Shown one piece after another: positions 1 to 10,778 of a stretch of DNA of 64,000 bases. Below the pieces are notes generated by a model that saw only the letters and a list, made by a program, of their open reading frames with translations, did not search any database and was not told the origin of the DNA. Positions within the stretch are counted from its first letter, which is position 1. Every line of letters starts with the position of its first letter. Origin of the DNA: Vicinamibacterales bacterium (GTDB lineage Bacteria; Acidobacteriota; Vicinamibacteria; Vicinamibacterales; CAVVIG01); NCBI GenBank assembly GCA_965229885.1, contig CBDDJX010000002.1, forward strand, positions 423,945-487,944, given 5' to 3'. Both the position numbers and the translations under genes were made by a program.

Positions 1-1
1 G

Positions 2-1276
2 CTGACGGCGCCGCCGCCCGTGCCGATCGTCAGGGGCGAGGGTGCGTACCTGTATACGGAAGACGGCCGGCGCCTCCTCGACGGGACGTCGTCGTGGTGG
101 GTCAATATTCATGGCCACTCGCATCCACGACTGAATGCCGCGCTGGCCGCACAGGCCGCCGAGCTCGAGCACGTCATGTTTGCCGGCTGCACGCATCCGC
201 CCGCCGTCGAGCTGGCCGAGCGTCTGCTGGCCGTGCTGCCGCCCGGACTGACGCGCGTGTTCTATTCGGACAACGGATCGACTGCCGTCGAGGTCGCGCT
301 GAAGCTCGCCTGCCAGTACTGGGGGAATCGCGGCGAGCCGTCTCGGCGGTCGTTTGTCGCGCTCCATCATGCGTATCACGGCGACACGGTCGGCGCGATG
401 TCGGCGAGCGAGGACTCGATCTTCACGCGTCCCTTCACGCCGATGCTGTTCCCCGTGCACCGCGCGCACGCGCCGTATTGCTATCGCTGTCCGCTCGGGC
501 TCGATCGGGTCACCTGCGCGATCGAGTGCCTGGGGGATCTCGAACGGCTGCTGGCGGCGCATGGAAACACGATCGCCGGCGTGCTCGTGGAGCCGATGCT
601 GCAGGGCGCCGGCGGCATGATCGTCTGGCCGGCGGAGTTCCTCGCGGGCGTCCGGCGGCTGTGCGACCGCTACGGCGTCCTGATGATCGCCGACGAAGTG
701 CTGACGGGATTTGGCCGGACCGGCCGGATGTTTGCGTGCGAGCACGCGGCGGTGTCACCAGACATCATCTGCCTGTCGAAGGCGTTGACAGGCGGATACC
801 TGCCGCTCGGGGCGACGGTGACCCGCGAGCCGGTGTACGACGCATTCCGCAGTGACGATCGCAGGAAGACGTTCTTTCACGGGCATTCCTTCACGGCGAA
901 CCCGCTCGCCTGCGCCGTGGCGATCGCCAGCCTCGAGCTGTTTCACGACACCGGAGCGCTCGAGCGTGTGCACGACCTCGAAGGCTGGCTGCGGCAGGGT
1001 CTCGCCCCGCTTGCCTCGCTGCCCTCAGTCGGAGAAGTCCGCATCATCGGCGGCGTCGGCATCGTCGAGCTGGTGACGGACACGGCGGCCAGGACGGCCG
1101 CGGGGTACCTCGATCACGTCGGTCCGCAGCTGACGAAGGCGTTTCTCGATCGCGGCCTGCTGCTTCGTCCACTCGGCAACATTCTGTATTTCATGCCCCC
1201 GTACGTGGTGACCGAGAGCGAGACCGCGTGGGCCATCGAGCAGATCCACGAGGTCCTGGCGGGGTTGCCAGCCTGA
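2..1276 (+). CDS. bioA: Adenosylmethionine-8-amino-7-oxononanoate aminotransferase (5' end outside window)
   Basis: SSWWVNIHGH, YSDNGSTAVEVALK, YHGDT, IADEVLTGFGRTG, SKALTGG (PLP Lys), HGHSFTAN; frame open back to window start. Confidence 0.93.
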   Translation: MTAPPPVPIVRGEGAYLYTEDGRRLLDGTSSWWVNIHGHSHPRLNAALAAQAAELEHVMFAGCTHPPAVELAERLLAVLPPGLTRVFYSDNGSTAVEVALKLACQYWGNRGEPSRRSFVALHHAYHGDTVGAMSASEDSIFTRPFTPMLFPVHRAHAPYCYRCPLGLDRVTCAIECLGDLERLLAAHGNTIAGVLVEPMLQGAGGMIVWPAEFLAGVRRLCDRYGVLMIADEVLTGFGRTGRMFACEHAAVSPDIICLSKALTGGYLPLGATVTREPVYDAFRSDDRRKTFFHGHSFTANPLACAVAIASLELFHDTGALERVHDLEGWLRQGLAPLASLPSVGEVRIIGGVGIVELVTDTAARTAAGYLDHVGPQLTKAFLDRGLLLRPLGNILYFMPPYVVTESETAWAIEQIHEVLAGLPA

Positions 1277-1403
1277 TGTCCGGCACGGGGCGACAAGTGA
1301 AACGGTGGCCATTGCCCGCGACCTCGCGCGGGGTTCATGGATGGCCTCCGTCGCGTCCTCTGTGATTCTCGTCGTCGGTTTCGCGGCTGACTGTATCGAT
1401 TTC

Positions 1404-2636
1404 CTACGACCTCGCCGGGCGATCCGCAGAGGCCTCGACGCGCTCGACGGATGACGAGTGCATTGATCCCGCCAGCGTCAAGGACACGAACGAGACGAGA
1501 GCCAACGCGCTCGCTGCATAGAAAGCGTAGCGATAGTCACCGAAGGCGACAAACACGCGGCCGGCGATGATGGGTCCCAGAATGCCCGCCGTGCCCCATG
1601 CCGTAAAGAGCAGACCGTAGTTCATGCCGAGGTCGCGGGTTCCATAGAGGTCCGCGGTCGTAGACGCGAACACCGACAGCTGCGTGCCGTAACACCAATA
1701 GACTACTGCGACCAGGACATAGAGCAGGAACGCCTGCTCCCGCCAGATGAATAACGCGGGCATGGCCAGTGCCGAACCGAGCACCATCACGCGAAGCGTC
1801 ATGAGACGCCCCAGGGTATCGGAGAGCCAGCCCGAGAGAATGCGCCCTCCCGTGTTGCCGACGGCGCCCACGGTGATGGCGAAGGTGGCCGCGGCGGCGC
1901 TCAGCCCCGCCGAGAGTGCAAACGGCACCAGCTGACTAATCGTCATCAGACCTGCGGTCGCGCCCAGGCAATACGCGACCCAGAGGAAGTAGAAACGCGG
2001 CGTGCCCAGCATTTCCAGCGGAGAATAATCCTTCTTCTTGCTGGCCGCGGCCGCTGGAGGGGTCCATCCAGCCGGTTGATACCCTTGTGGCGGATTCGTC
2101 AGTAGCCACGTACCGATCATGCCCATGAGGAAAAACAGGATGCCGAGAAGGCGAAAGGTCGGCCGCCAGCCGATCGACGAGATCAAACTGGTTGCGACCG
2201 GGCCGAAGATCGCGGAGCTCGCGCCATAGCCCCCGACCATCAGACCGACGACCAGACCGCGCTTGTCGGGAAACCACTTCGACGCGACCGGCATCGGCGT
2301 GGCATAACCGAACCCGTTGCCGGCTCCAACCACGATTCCGAAGATGATGTACAGGAACAGCAGAGAGGTCGTGAAGCTGGTCAGAAAGAACCCGGCGGAT
2401 ACCAGGACGGTCCCGAGCAACGCGGGGATCCGTGGACCGAACGTATCCTGGATGCGGCCGCCCAGAATAAACGTGAGGGCGAACGTCACGATCGCGAGTG
2501 TAAACACCCCCGACGTCTGGGAGCGGGTCCAGCCGAACTCCCTCTCAAGCGGGAGCACGAAGACGCTCCACGCGTAGAGCGAGCCGAGCGCGAGATTCAT
2601 TGATACGCCGCCGATGACGACACGCCAGCGATTCAT
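1404..2636 (-). CDS. MFS transporter, oxalate/formate antiporter (OFA) family
   Basis: About 12 hydrophobic segments; LGSLYAWSVF, KWFPDKRGLVVGL, GMNYGLLFTAWG. Confidence 0.85.
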   Translation of the reverse strand: MNRWRVVIGGVSMNLALGSLYAWSVFVLPLEREFGWTRSQTSGVFTLAIVTFALTFILGGRIQDTFGPRIPALLGTVLVSAGFFLTSFTTSLLFLYIIFGIVVGAGNGFGYATPMPVASKWFPDKRGLVVGLMVGGYGASSAIFGPVATSLISSIGWRPTFRLLGILFFLMGMIGTWLLTNPPQGYQPAGWTPPAAAASKKKDYSPLEMLGTPRFYFLWVAYCLGATAGLMTISQLVPFALSAGLSAAAATFAITVGAVGNTGGRILSGWLSDTLGRLMTLRVMVLGSALAMPALFIWREQAFLLYVLVAVVYWCYGTQLSVFASTTADLYGTRDLGMNYGLLFTAWGTAGILGPIIAGRVFVAFGDYRYAFYAASALALVSFVSLTLAGSMHSSSVERVEASADRPARS

Positions 2637-2771
2637 GATTTGTCCCCTAATCCCATTCTTGTGATCTCACGCTGAGTCCGAGCGCAGGTTGCGCTAATTG
2701 GAAGGCCACAGTATACGAAAGAGCGCGAAAGAATCAAGTGAGAGGGAGTACCTGTAGGGAAAACCGCCGCT

Positions 2772-3725
2772 CTAACGAAACCGGGCTTCGATTTGCGGAA
2801 GGGCGGCAAGGAGGACGTCGCCGACCACCTGCAGGCTGCGGGCGCTGACGGCGTCGAGCGTGTCCCGGGGCGTGTGCCACGGCTCGTATTCGAGATCGAT
2901 GATGTCGACCGACGGTACGCCCGCCCGCAGGAACGGGATGTGGTCATCCTCGATCTGTGTCGTGTGAGGCACGAAGTACGTATCGAGTTTCAGTCCCTTC
3001 GCCGCCGCCCAGATCATGTCGGTCAGCCACGGCGTGGAATTGAGGTCGCGCTTCAGCTGCAAGTCACGATCGCCGACCATGTCGACAAGAATGTTCGCCT
3101 TGATGCCCGCCAGCGTCCCGGCCCGCTTTCCGGCCAGGACGTAGTGCCGGCTCCCGTAGGTATTGTCGGGAGCGCCAGGCCGGCTGCAATCGTCCCAGTT
3201 CTCGCAGAACGCCTCTTCGCCATCCAGAAACAACAGCTCGATCGTCAGCAGGTTCCGGCGGGCCTTCAGCACGCGCGCCATCTCGAGGAGCAACGCCGCG
3301 CTCGATCCGCCGTCGTTCGCCCCGACGAACCGGCTGTCGCGAAAGAGCTTCGTATCGTAGTGGCCCGAGATGACGATGCGATCGGTGCGCGCACCCGGGA
3401 TCGCGGCGACCACGTTCACCATGCGCACGTTACCGATCGGCGTGTCGTTGTCCCAGGCCTGCTCGGCGGCCGCCACCCCGACTGCCGACAGCTGGCTCTT
3501 CACGTACGTGCGCGCCTGGTCGAGGGCTGCCGAGCCGGCCGGCCGGGGCCCGATCGCGACGAGCTGGCGCAGATGCTCCCAGGCCCGGCCCGAGTCGAAG
3601 GCCGGAGCGGCGGGCTGGCCAGACGCCGCCGACGCGAATACCAACATCAACGTGGAGACCGCAGAAATCGCAGAGACACGTCGGCTCTGCGTGTTCCGCG
3701 GGTTCTTGGTTGATCGTGGTGTCAT
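2772..3725 (-). CDS. M28 family metallopeptidase / glutaminyl-cyclase-like, exported
   Basis: GHYDTK, GANDGGSS, DGEE, DMVGD, EDDH, WHT Zn ligands; ATG overlaps gltA stop (ATGA); start uncertain. Confidence 0.85.
   Translation of the reverse strand: MTPRSTKNPRNTQSRRVSAISAVSTLMLVFASAASGQPAAPAFDSGRAWEHLRQLVAIGPRPAGSAALDQARTYVKSQLSAVGVAAAEQAWDNDTPIGNVRMVNVVAAIPGARTDRIVISGHYDTKLFRDSRFVGANDGGSSAALLLEMARVLKARRNLLTIELLFLDGEEAFCENWDDCSRPGAPDNTYGSRHYVLAGKRAGTLAGIKANILVDMVGDRDLQLKRDLNSTPWLTDMIWAAAKGLKLDTYFVPHTTQIEDDHIPFLRAGVPSVDIIDLEYEPWHTPRDTLDAVSARSLQVVGDVLLAALPQIEARFR
3659..3701. repeat. REP-like imperfect palindrome in 5' part of M28 ORF
   Basis: CCGCAGAAATCGCAGAG...CTCTGCGTGTTCCGCGG. Confidence 0.55.
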
Positions 3726-5014
3726 GCTCGTTTTTCGCGCGGGACGTAGTCGCGGCACGCGGCGCCCTTATAGATCTGCCTGGGGCGGGCGATTTTCTGC
3801 TCGGGGTCGAGCAGCATTTCCTGCCACTGGGCGATCCAGCCGGCCGTCCGTGCGATGGCGAAGAGCACGGGGAACATCTCGACCGGGAGGCCCATTGCCT
3901 GGTAAATCAGGCCGGAGTAGAAATCGACGTTGGGATACAGCTTGCGGCTGACGAAGTAGTCGTCCTGCAGCGCGATCCGCTCGAGCTCGAGCGCGATCTC
4001 GAGCAGCGGGTTCCTGCCCGTAACGTCGAAGACTTGATCGGCCATCCGTTTGATGACCTTGGCGCGGGGGTCGTACGACTTGTAGATGCGGTGGCCGAAT
4101 CCCATCAGCCGGCCGTGGCCTTCGCCCGACTTCACGCGCTTGATGAACTCGGGCACTTTATCGATCGAGCCGATCTCGTTCAGCATCCGGAGGACCGCCT
4201 CGTTGGCGCCGCCGTGCAGCGGACCGTAGAGCGCGGCCGCGGCGCCTGCCACGGCGGCGTACGGGTCGGCGTGCGAGCTGCCGATGTTCCGCATGGCGCT
4301 CGTGCTGCAGTTCTGCTCGTGATCGGCGTGGAGGATGAAGAGCACGTCGAGCGCGCGCGCCAGGACGGGGTTGGCGTGATAGCGCAGCTCCGTCATCCGG
4401 AAGAGCATGCCCAGGAAATTCGCCGTGAAGCTCAGATCGTTGTCCGGGTAGACGTACGGCCAGCCGAGCCCGCGTCGAAACGCGTACGCCGCGATGGTCG
4501 GCACCTTGGCGATGAGCCGGTGGATCTGCCGCAGGCGCGAGGCTTCGTCGAAGATCTGTTTCGCATCCGGATAGAACGTCGACAGCGCACCGGCGGTGCT
4601 CAGGAAGATGCCCATCGGATGCGCATCGTGGTGGAACCCGTCCATGAACTTCTTGGTGCTCTCGTGCAGCATCGTGTGGGAGTTGATCTGGTGGGTCCAG
4701 GCGTGCAGCTGCGATGACGTGGGCAGCTCGCCGAACACGATGAGATAGGCGGTTTCGAGGTAGTTGCTTTGCTCGGCGAGCTGCTCGATCGGATACCCGC
4801 GATAGAGCAGGATGCCCTTATCGCCGTCGATGTAGGTGATCGCGCTCCTGCAGTTCGCCGTGTTCATGAATGCCGGGTCGTACGTCATGAGCCCGAAGTC
4901 GTCGGGGGACGCTTTGATTTGCCGCAGATCGATGGCGCGAATCGTGCCGTCCTGGATCGGCAGGTCGTACTTCTTGCCCGTGCGGTTGTCGGTAACGGTC
5001 AGCGTATCGGTCAT
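3722..5014 (-). CDS. gltA: Citrate synthase
   Basis: ITYIDGDKGILLYRGY, LHADHEQN, GPLHGGANE, GFGHRIYK, YPNVDFYSG. Confidence 0.96.
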   Translation of the reverse strand: MTDTLTVTDNRTGKKYDLPIQDGTIRAIDLRQIKASPDDFGLMTYDPAFMNTANCRSAITYIDGDKGILLYRGYPIEQLAEQSNYLETAYLIVFGELPTSSQLHAWTHQINSHTMLHESTKKFMDGFHHDAHPMGIFLSTAGALSTFYPDAKQIFDEASRLRQIHRLIAKVPTIAAYAFRRGLGWPYVYPDNDLSFTANFLGMLFRMTELRYHANPVLARALDVLFILHADHEQNCSTSAMRNIGSSHADPYAAVAGAAAALYGPLHGGANEAVLRMLNEIGSIDKVPEFIKRVKSGEGHGRLMGFGHRIYKSYDPRAKVIKRMADQVFDVTGRNPLLEIALELERIALQDDYFVSRKLYPNVDFYSGLIYQAMGLPVEMFPVLFAIARTAGWIAQWQEMLLDPEQKIARPRQIYKGAACRDYVPREKRA

Positions 5015-5140
5015 ACCACCACTCTCATGTCCCATTGCTCACGTCTCAGCCACTCTGAGACTTCAGCCCGAGACTGTCACCCTAATAGATAACCCGAATC
5101 CGGCCGTCTGGTCATCTGGTAATTGTAGGCGAACGGCAGA

Positions 5141-5830
5141 TTAGTGGGGCTGATCCCCGAGGTGATGCCGCACATCGCGCGCGGAGACGATGAAAATCAC
5201 GTCCTCCGCGATGTTGGTCGCGTGATCGCCGATGCGCTCGAGATGGCGGGAAATGAGGATGAGATCGAGCGCCGGCTCGATGGTGGACTGGTCCTGAAGC
5301 ATGTAGGTGAGCAGTTCGCGGAAGATCTGCGTCTTCAAGGCGTCGAGCTTGTCGTCCTCGTCCAGCACCTGCTGGGCGAGATCGGCGTCGAGCCGCACGA
5401 AGGCGTCGAGCGAGTCGCGGAGCATCGTCTGCGCGATGGTGGCCATCAGCGGGATGTCGATCAGCCGCTTCACGGCCTGGTGCTCCGCGTACCGCCGGGC
5501 CGCCTCGGCAATGTTCACTGCCAGGTCGCCAACCCGCTCCAGATCCGTATTGATCTTCACGGCCGCCACGATCGTGCGGAGGTCGGCCGCCATGGGTTGG
5601 TGGAGCGCCAGCAGCGTGAAGCAGCGGCTGTCGATCTCGACGTGCAGCGAGTTGAGCGGCCCATCGCCGTGCAACACGCGCTCGATGAGCGCGTTGTCGC
5701 GTTCCACGAGGCCCCTGATCGAGAGGCGCACTTCCTCCTCGGCGAGGCCGCCCATCTCGAGCAGACGGGCCTTGCACTGCTCGAGCTCTTCGCGAAAGTG
5801 CGGCACGACGTGCTCTCCGGATCCCGTCAT
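5141..5830 (-). CDS. phoU: Phosphate signalling protein PhoU
   Basis: QPMAADLR, DLERVGD, HLERIGDHATNIAE; follows pstB. Confidence 0.95.
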   Translation of the reverse strand: MTGSGEHVVPHFREELEQCKARLLEMGGLAEEEVRLSIRGLVERDNALIERVLHGDGPLNSLHVEIDSRCFTLLALHQPMAADLRTIVAAVKINTDLERVGDLAVNIAEAARRYAEHQAVKRLIDIPLMATIAQTMLRDSLDAFVRLDADLAQQVLDEDDKLDALKTQIFRELLTYMLQDQSTIEPALDLILISRHLERIGDHATNIAEDVIFIVSARDVRHHLGDQPH

Positions 5831-5869
5831 TGTCCTTATTCTTCTCTTTCTCTTTTCTTGCGCTGGCGC

Positions 5870-6721
<852 letters not shown>

Positions 6722-6722
6722 G

Positions 6723-7544
6723 CTATCCTCCGGGGATTTCCGGCGCGTTACGGCTGTGTAAAATCCGTGTAACGGCAGGCACCGCTTCCGCCGGCTCCAG
6801 AAACGCTTCAACCTGCTTACGCAGTTCGTCCTGAATGCGATCGACCCTCCGCCTGGCGTCGAGGACTCGAAAGTGGAACTCGTCGGCCATTGAGGCGTAC
6901 TCGCGAAGCAACCGCTGTTGATACGTGCGGAAACTTTCGTAGATGTCGTCGCCGGTCTTCAGATCCATTCCAGATTCCCAGAAGTCCATCCCGCGCGATT
7001 CGAGGACGCGACCGATGAGCTTGTCGACGTCGATCTTGAGGTAGAAGACCATATGCGGCGTAATCGCGAACCCGTACAGGTTCCTCAGCCACTGGCGGTC
7101 GATGCCGCGCACGCCGGCGCGCGCCAGCGCCGTGAAGATGTACCGATCCGACAGGACGATGAACCCGGCCTTGAGCGCCGGAATGATTTCCTTTTCCAGC
7201 CGGTCGGCGAAGTCCGTGGCGTAGAGCAGGACGAAGGTCAGCTTATTGAGCGTGTTGCTCGATTTCGCCAGCTCGATCGTCGGCTGCATCAACGGCGATC
7301 GCGTCCATCCGGTTTCGACGACGCCGTAGCCCTTGACCTCCAGCCACTCGCGCAGCAGCTGAATCTGCGTGCTGCGTCCGACGCCATCCGTGCCTTCGAT
7401 GGCGATGAGCTTGCCGGGGTAGCCATCAATCGGCAGATATGGAACGCCCCGGCCGTAGTACCGGCCGGGCTGGATGCCGAGGTTGGCGGCCCCTTCATTG
7501 CGTCCCCCGGGGCGATCTTCGTCGAGATCAGACGGGCTCGTCAT
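6723..7544 (-). CDS. Thymidylate-kinase-like protein, paralog B, altered P-loop
   Basis: [13 protein letters not shown] (K->R), LSDRY, WESGMDL. Confidence 0.85.
   Translation of the reverse strand: MTSPSDLDEDRPGGRNEGAANLGIQPGRYYGRGVPYLPIDGYPGKLIAIEGTDGVGRSTQIQLLREWLEVKGYGVVETGWTRSPLMQPTIELAKSSNTLNKLTFVLLYATDFADRLEKEIIPALKAGFIVLSDRYIFTALARAGVRGIDRQWLRNLYGFAITPHMVFYLKIDVDKLIGRVLESRGMDFWESGMDLKTGDDIYESFRTYQQRLLREYASMADEFHFRVLDARRRVDRIQDELRKQVEAFLEPAEAVPAVTRILHSRNAPEIPGG
6745..6773 (-). promoter_or_regulatory. Putative Pho box (three units, 11-bp period)
   Basis: Minus strand GTTACAC-ggat-TTTACAC-agcc-GTAACGC just upstream of pstB start. Confidence 0.6.
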
Positions 7545-8226
7545 CGCTCATCTCCGAAAGCTTGGTCTCGATGTGTTTCGCGGCGCGCGAGCGCACGACA
7601 CGCTGCTGCTCGGTGATGCTGCCGACGGCGTTGACCACCTCGAGACCATATTCGTCCACGAGCCTGTCATATTCTTCGAGCACCTTGCCCTGGAACAGGC
7701 GGAAGCTGTCCGCGGGATTCGTGCTCCAGCCCAGATCCATGCCCGCCTCATAGAACTTGAGCTTCACGCGCCGTGCCATCAGACGGTCGAGCGATACATC
7801 AATCGGGACGCGGAAGTAGAGCGTCAGATCGGGCCGCACTGCGAAGCTGTAGAGCTCGCGCACCCATTGCCGATCAACGCCCCGCGTCGCGTCGCGGGCG
7901 AAGGCCGTGTAGGCGTACCGGTCCGCGAGCACGATCATGCCCGCCTTGAGCGGCGGGATGATCTTGTACAGCAGGCGATCAGCGAAGTCGGTGGCGTGCA
8001 GCAGGCTGAACGTCATCGGAGTCAGTGCGTTCTTCTTCTTTCCCGTCTTGGTGGCCGCCTTGACCAGGGCGGATGAGTTCCATTCCGTGACGAAGACCCG
8101 ATGCCCGCCGGCGCTCAGCCACTTCGCCAGCAGCCCGAGCTGCGTCGTCTTGCCCGAGCCGTCGATCCCTTCGACGACGAACAGCCTTCCCGGGTACTCG
8201 TGAGGTGTCGTCAGGTTGTTCAGCAT
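7528..8226 (-). CDS. Thymidylate-kinase-like protein, paralog A
   Basis: VVEGIDGSGKTT, LADRY, YEAGMDL; no canonical TREPG motif. Confidence 0.87.
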   Translation of the reverse strand: MLNNLTTPHEYPGRLFVVEGIDGSGKTTQLGLLAKWLSAGGHRVFVTEWNSSALVKAATKTGKKKNALTPMTFSLLHATDFADRLLYKIIPPLKAGMIVLADRYAYTAFARDATRGVDRQWVRELYSFAVRPDLTLYFRVPIDVSLDRLMARRVKLKFYEAGMDLGWSTNPADSFRLFQGKVLEEYDRLVDEYGLEVVNAVGSITEQQRVVRSRAAKHIETKLSEMSDDEPV

Positions 8227-9769
8227 ATGTGTGCCCGCCGATCTCGACCCGCAGCGGTTTGCCGATCATCCGCTCGAAGGGCGCCGCGTGCCGCGCGGCC
8301 GCCCACAACTCGAGCTCGGCGTCGCCGCTCGCGCGGACCTGTAACAGAGCGTCTTCGCCGCGGTTGTGCAGCTCGATGCCCGAGAGGCTCTGGGAGTGGC
8401 TGCGATCGAGGCTTTCCGCCAGCCGGAGGATCGCGGCGAGCGTCCGCACGGTCTGGCGTCGCTTCCGCGGCAGGTGCGCGTACTCCTCGTGGTGGTTCTT
8501 CGGCGTCGCGCGCCGATGGTATCGCGCAACGAGCGCGATGGCATCGACCTCCTCGGGCTCGAATCCGCGCAGGTCGCCGTTCTTGATCAAGTAGTACGAG
8601 TGCTTGTGATGGCCCTCGTAGCTGATATGCACGCCGATGTCGTGGAGCAGCGCGGCGTACTCGAGCCACTCACGCTCCCGGTCGGTCAACCCGTGCACGG
8701 CGCGGGTCTCCGCGAACATCGCCATGGCGAGGCGCGCGACCTGGGTCGCGTGCTCGGGCCAGTAGTTGCACCGTTCCGCCAGCTCGACGACGCTGCGGCG
8801 GCGGATGTCAGGATAGCGATCGGCCTGCGCAATCTCTTTTCGGTGCCGCGCGATATAGTCGAGCACGAGCCCCTCGCGCAGCGACATGTCGCAGAGGGTG
8901 ATGTCGTCGGCGCCGAGGCGCCGGACCATCGCGTCGAGCAGCACCGCACCCGCCACCGATAGATCGGCGCGGCGCGGCTCGAGGCCCGGCACGCGCAGCC
9001 GTTTGTCCAGGCTGAGCTCCACCAGCTGCTTCTTGACGCGGCGCAACGCCTTGGCGGACACGCGCCGGTTGCGCAGCGTTGGGCCCGTCGATCGGCCCTG
9101 AAGGCCGGTGGCGATGCCGCCCAGGCTCAGGATCGTCCCGGATGTTCCGATGACGCGGTCGAATCCCGCGTGCGCAATCTCGTCGAGGAATTCACCCGCT
9201 TCGGCGTCGATGTGCTTGACCAGTTTCCGTTCGTCGCGCGGGACCAGCGGATCGCTCTTCACGAATCGCTCCGTGAGACGAATCACGCCGAGCTTGAAGC
9301 TCCGGCCCATGTCAACGTTCGACCCGACGCCGCGCGTGATTTCGACGCTGCCGCCGCCGATATCGACGACCACGATCGCTTCCGATGCGCTCCCGATGCC
9401 GTAGACCGCGGCTAGGTGGATGAGCCGGGCTTCCTCCGTTCCCGCGATGACACGCGCGCGGATGCCTGTCTGTTGCATGACCGCGTGGAGAAACTCGCCG
9501 CCGTTTTCGGCTTCCCGGACCGCGCTGGTCGCCACCGCAATGATCTTGTCGACGCGGTGCGATTCAGCCAGGCGGCGAAATTTCGACAGCACCTGAAGCG
9601 CGGCGTGCATGACCTCGGGCGTGAGCGCACGCCCGTCCAGGCCGCCGGCGCCGAGGCGCACCATCTCTTTCTCGCGGTCGATGATTTCGAACGACAGATC
9701 CGGCCGCACCCGCACGACGATCATGTGCAGAGAGTTGGTGCCGATGTCGATGGCAGCAATGCGCATCAT
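7979..9769 (-). CDS. ppx: Ppx/GppA exopolyphosphatase with HD domain
   Basis: AAIDIGTNS, ATSAVREAEN, EEARL, DIGGGSVE, LREG, LLHDIG, LAESLDRSH; last 248 nt overlap next gene. Confidence 0.92.
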   Translation of the reverse strand: MMRIAAIDIGTNSLHMIVVRVRPDLSFEIIDREKEMVRLGAGGLDGRALTPEVMHAALQVLSKFRRLAESHRVDKIIAVATSAVREAENGGEFLHAVMQQTGIRARVIAGTEEARLIHLAAVYGIGSASEAIVVVDIGGGSVEITRGVGSNVDMGRSFKLGVIRLTERFVKSDPLVPRDERKLVKHIDAEAGEFLDEIAHAGFDRVIGTSGTILSLGGIATGLQGRSTGPTLRNRRVSAKALRRVKKQLVELSLDKRLRVPGLEPRRADLSVAGAVLLDAMVRRLGADDITLCDMSLREGLVLDYIARHRKEIAQADRYPDIRRRSVVELAERCNYWPEHATQVARLAMAMFAETRAVHGLTDREREWLEYAALLHDIGVHISYEGHHKHSYYLIKNGDLRGFEPEEVDAIALVARYHRRATPKNHHEEYAHLPRKRRQTVRTLAAILRLAESLDRSHSQSLSGIELHNRGEDALLQVRASGDAELELWAAARHAAPFERMIGKPLRVEIGGHTYAEQPDDTSRVPGKAVRRRRDRRLGQDDAARAAGEVAERRRASGLRHGMELIRPGQGGHQDGKEEERTDSDDVQPAARHRLR

Positions 9770-9842
9770 TCGGGTTCGGGACGCATAACTACCGGCGCCG
9801 CGGGCTCGGCTATAATCATCGCTCCACCGTCATCCTACTATC

Positions 9843-10778
9843 ATGCCCCGTTCCGCCGGACCTTACGACCTGCTTCGCCCACGCCTCGAGCGATTTACGC
9901 GGATGTTACATGGCGTTGAAGAAGGCGATGTCCGGGCGCTGCACCGCGCGCGGGTCGCGTCGCGGCGTCTCCGCGAGGTGCTTCCCGTACTCAAGCTCGA
10001 TCCGGAGCTCGCACAGAAGCTCGGCCGTCGGCTGCGAAAAATCACGGAGCGGCTCGGAACGGTGCGCGAGTTCGACGTACTGCTTGGTGTGATTGACGAA
10101 CTGAACGCGACTGGACGTTACCCGAACGCGGCGCTGGTGCGCGTTGCCGCCGGCATCGGCGACGATCGGAGTCATGTGCGGGAGCGCCTGCTCGCAAAGG
10201 TACCCATCCACGAACTGCGGCGCGTCGCGGCCCGGCTGGAGAAGACGGCTCGGGCGGTCGAACAGGATGCCGCCCCGTTTGGTCCCGGGACCGCACGACG
10301 CTCGTGGCGATGGGCCATCGATGCGCGCGTCGCGCGGCGCGCGTCAACGCTCGCCGCCGCCGTGTCTGACGCCGGTGCCGCCTATCTCGCCGAGCGCCTC
10401 CACGCTGTGCGCATAGCGGTCAAGAAACTGCGGTACGCCCTCGAACTCGCCACCGAGGCGGCGGCGGGCGTCAGGTCGAGTCAAGATCTCGTGCAGCTCC
10501 GCCGTACGCAGGGCGTACTGGGACGGATGCGCGATCTACAGGTACTGATCGATCGTGCGCGCGACGTCCAGGCGGCGTTGACACCGCCAAGCCTCACCGC
10601 CTGGCGGGAGCTCGATGGGCTCGTGGTGGCGCTCGAAGAGGACTGCCGGCGCCTTCACGGCCGATATATGCACGGCCGGGACGCGCTGCTGGCTGTGTGC
10701 GCTCCGCTCTCCGGACATCACGAACACGAACACGAAGTCAGAAGTCAGAAGGTTAGAGTGACAAGGACGTCCGCGTGA
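9843..10778 (+). CDS. CHAD domain protein (polyphosphate-binding family)
   Basis: LHRARVASRRLR, LGTVREFDV, LHAVRIAVKKLRYALE, LGRMRD. Confidence 0.9.
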   Translation: MPRSAGPYDLLRPRLERFTRMLHGVEEGDVRALHRARVASRRLREVLPVLKLDPELAQKLGRRLRKITERLGTVREFDVLLGVIDELNATGRYPNAALVRVAAGIGDDRSHVRERLLAKVPIHELRRVAARLEKTARAVEQDAAPFGPGTARRSWRWAIDARVARRASTLAAAVSDAGAAYLAERLHAVRIAVKKLRYALELATEAAAGVRSSQDLVQLRRTQGVLGRMRDLQVLIDRARDVQAALTPPSLTAWRELDGLVVALEEDCRRLHGRYMHGRDALLAVCAPLSGHHEHEHEVRSQKVRVTRTSA

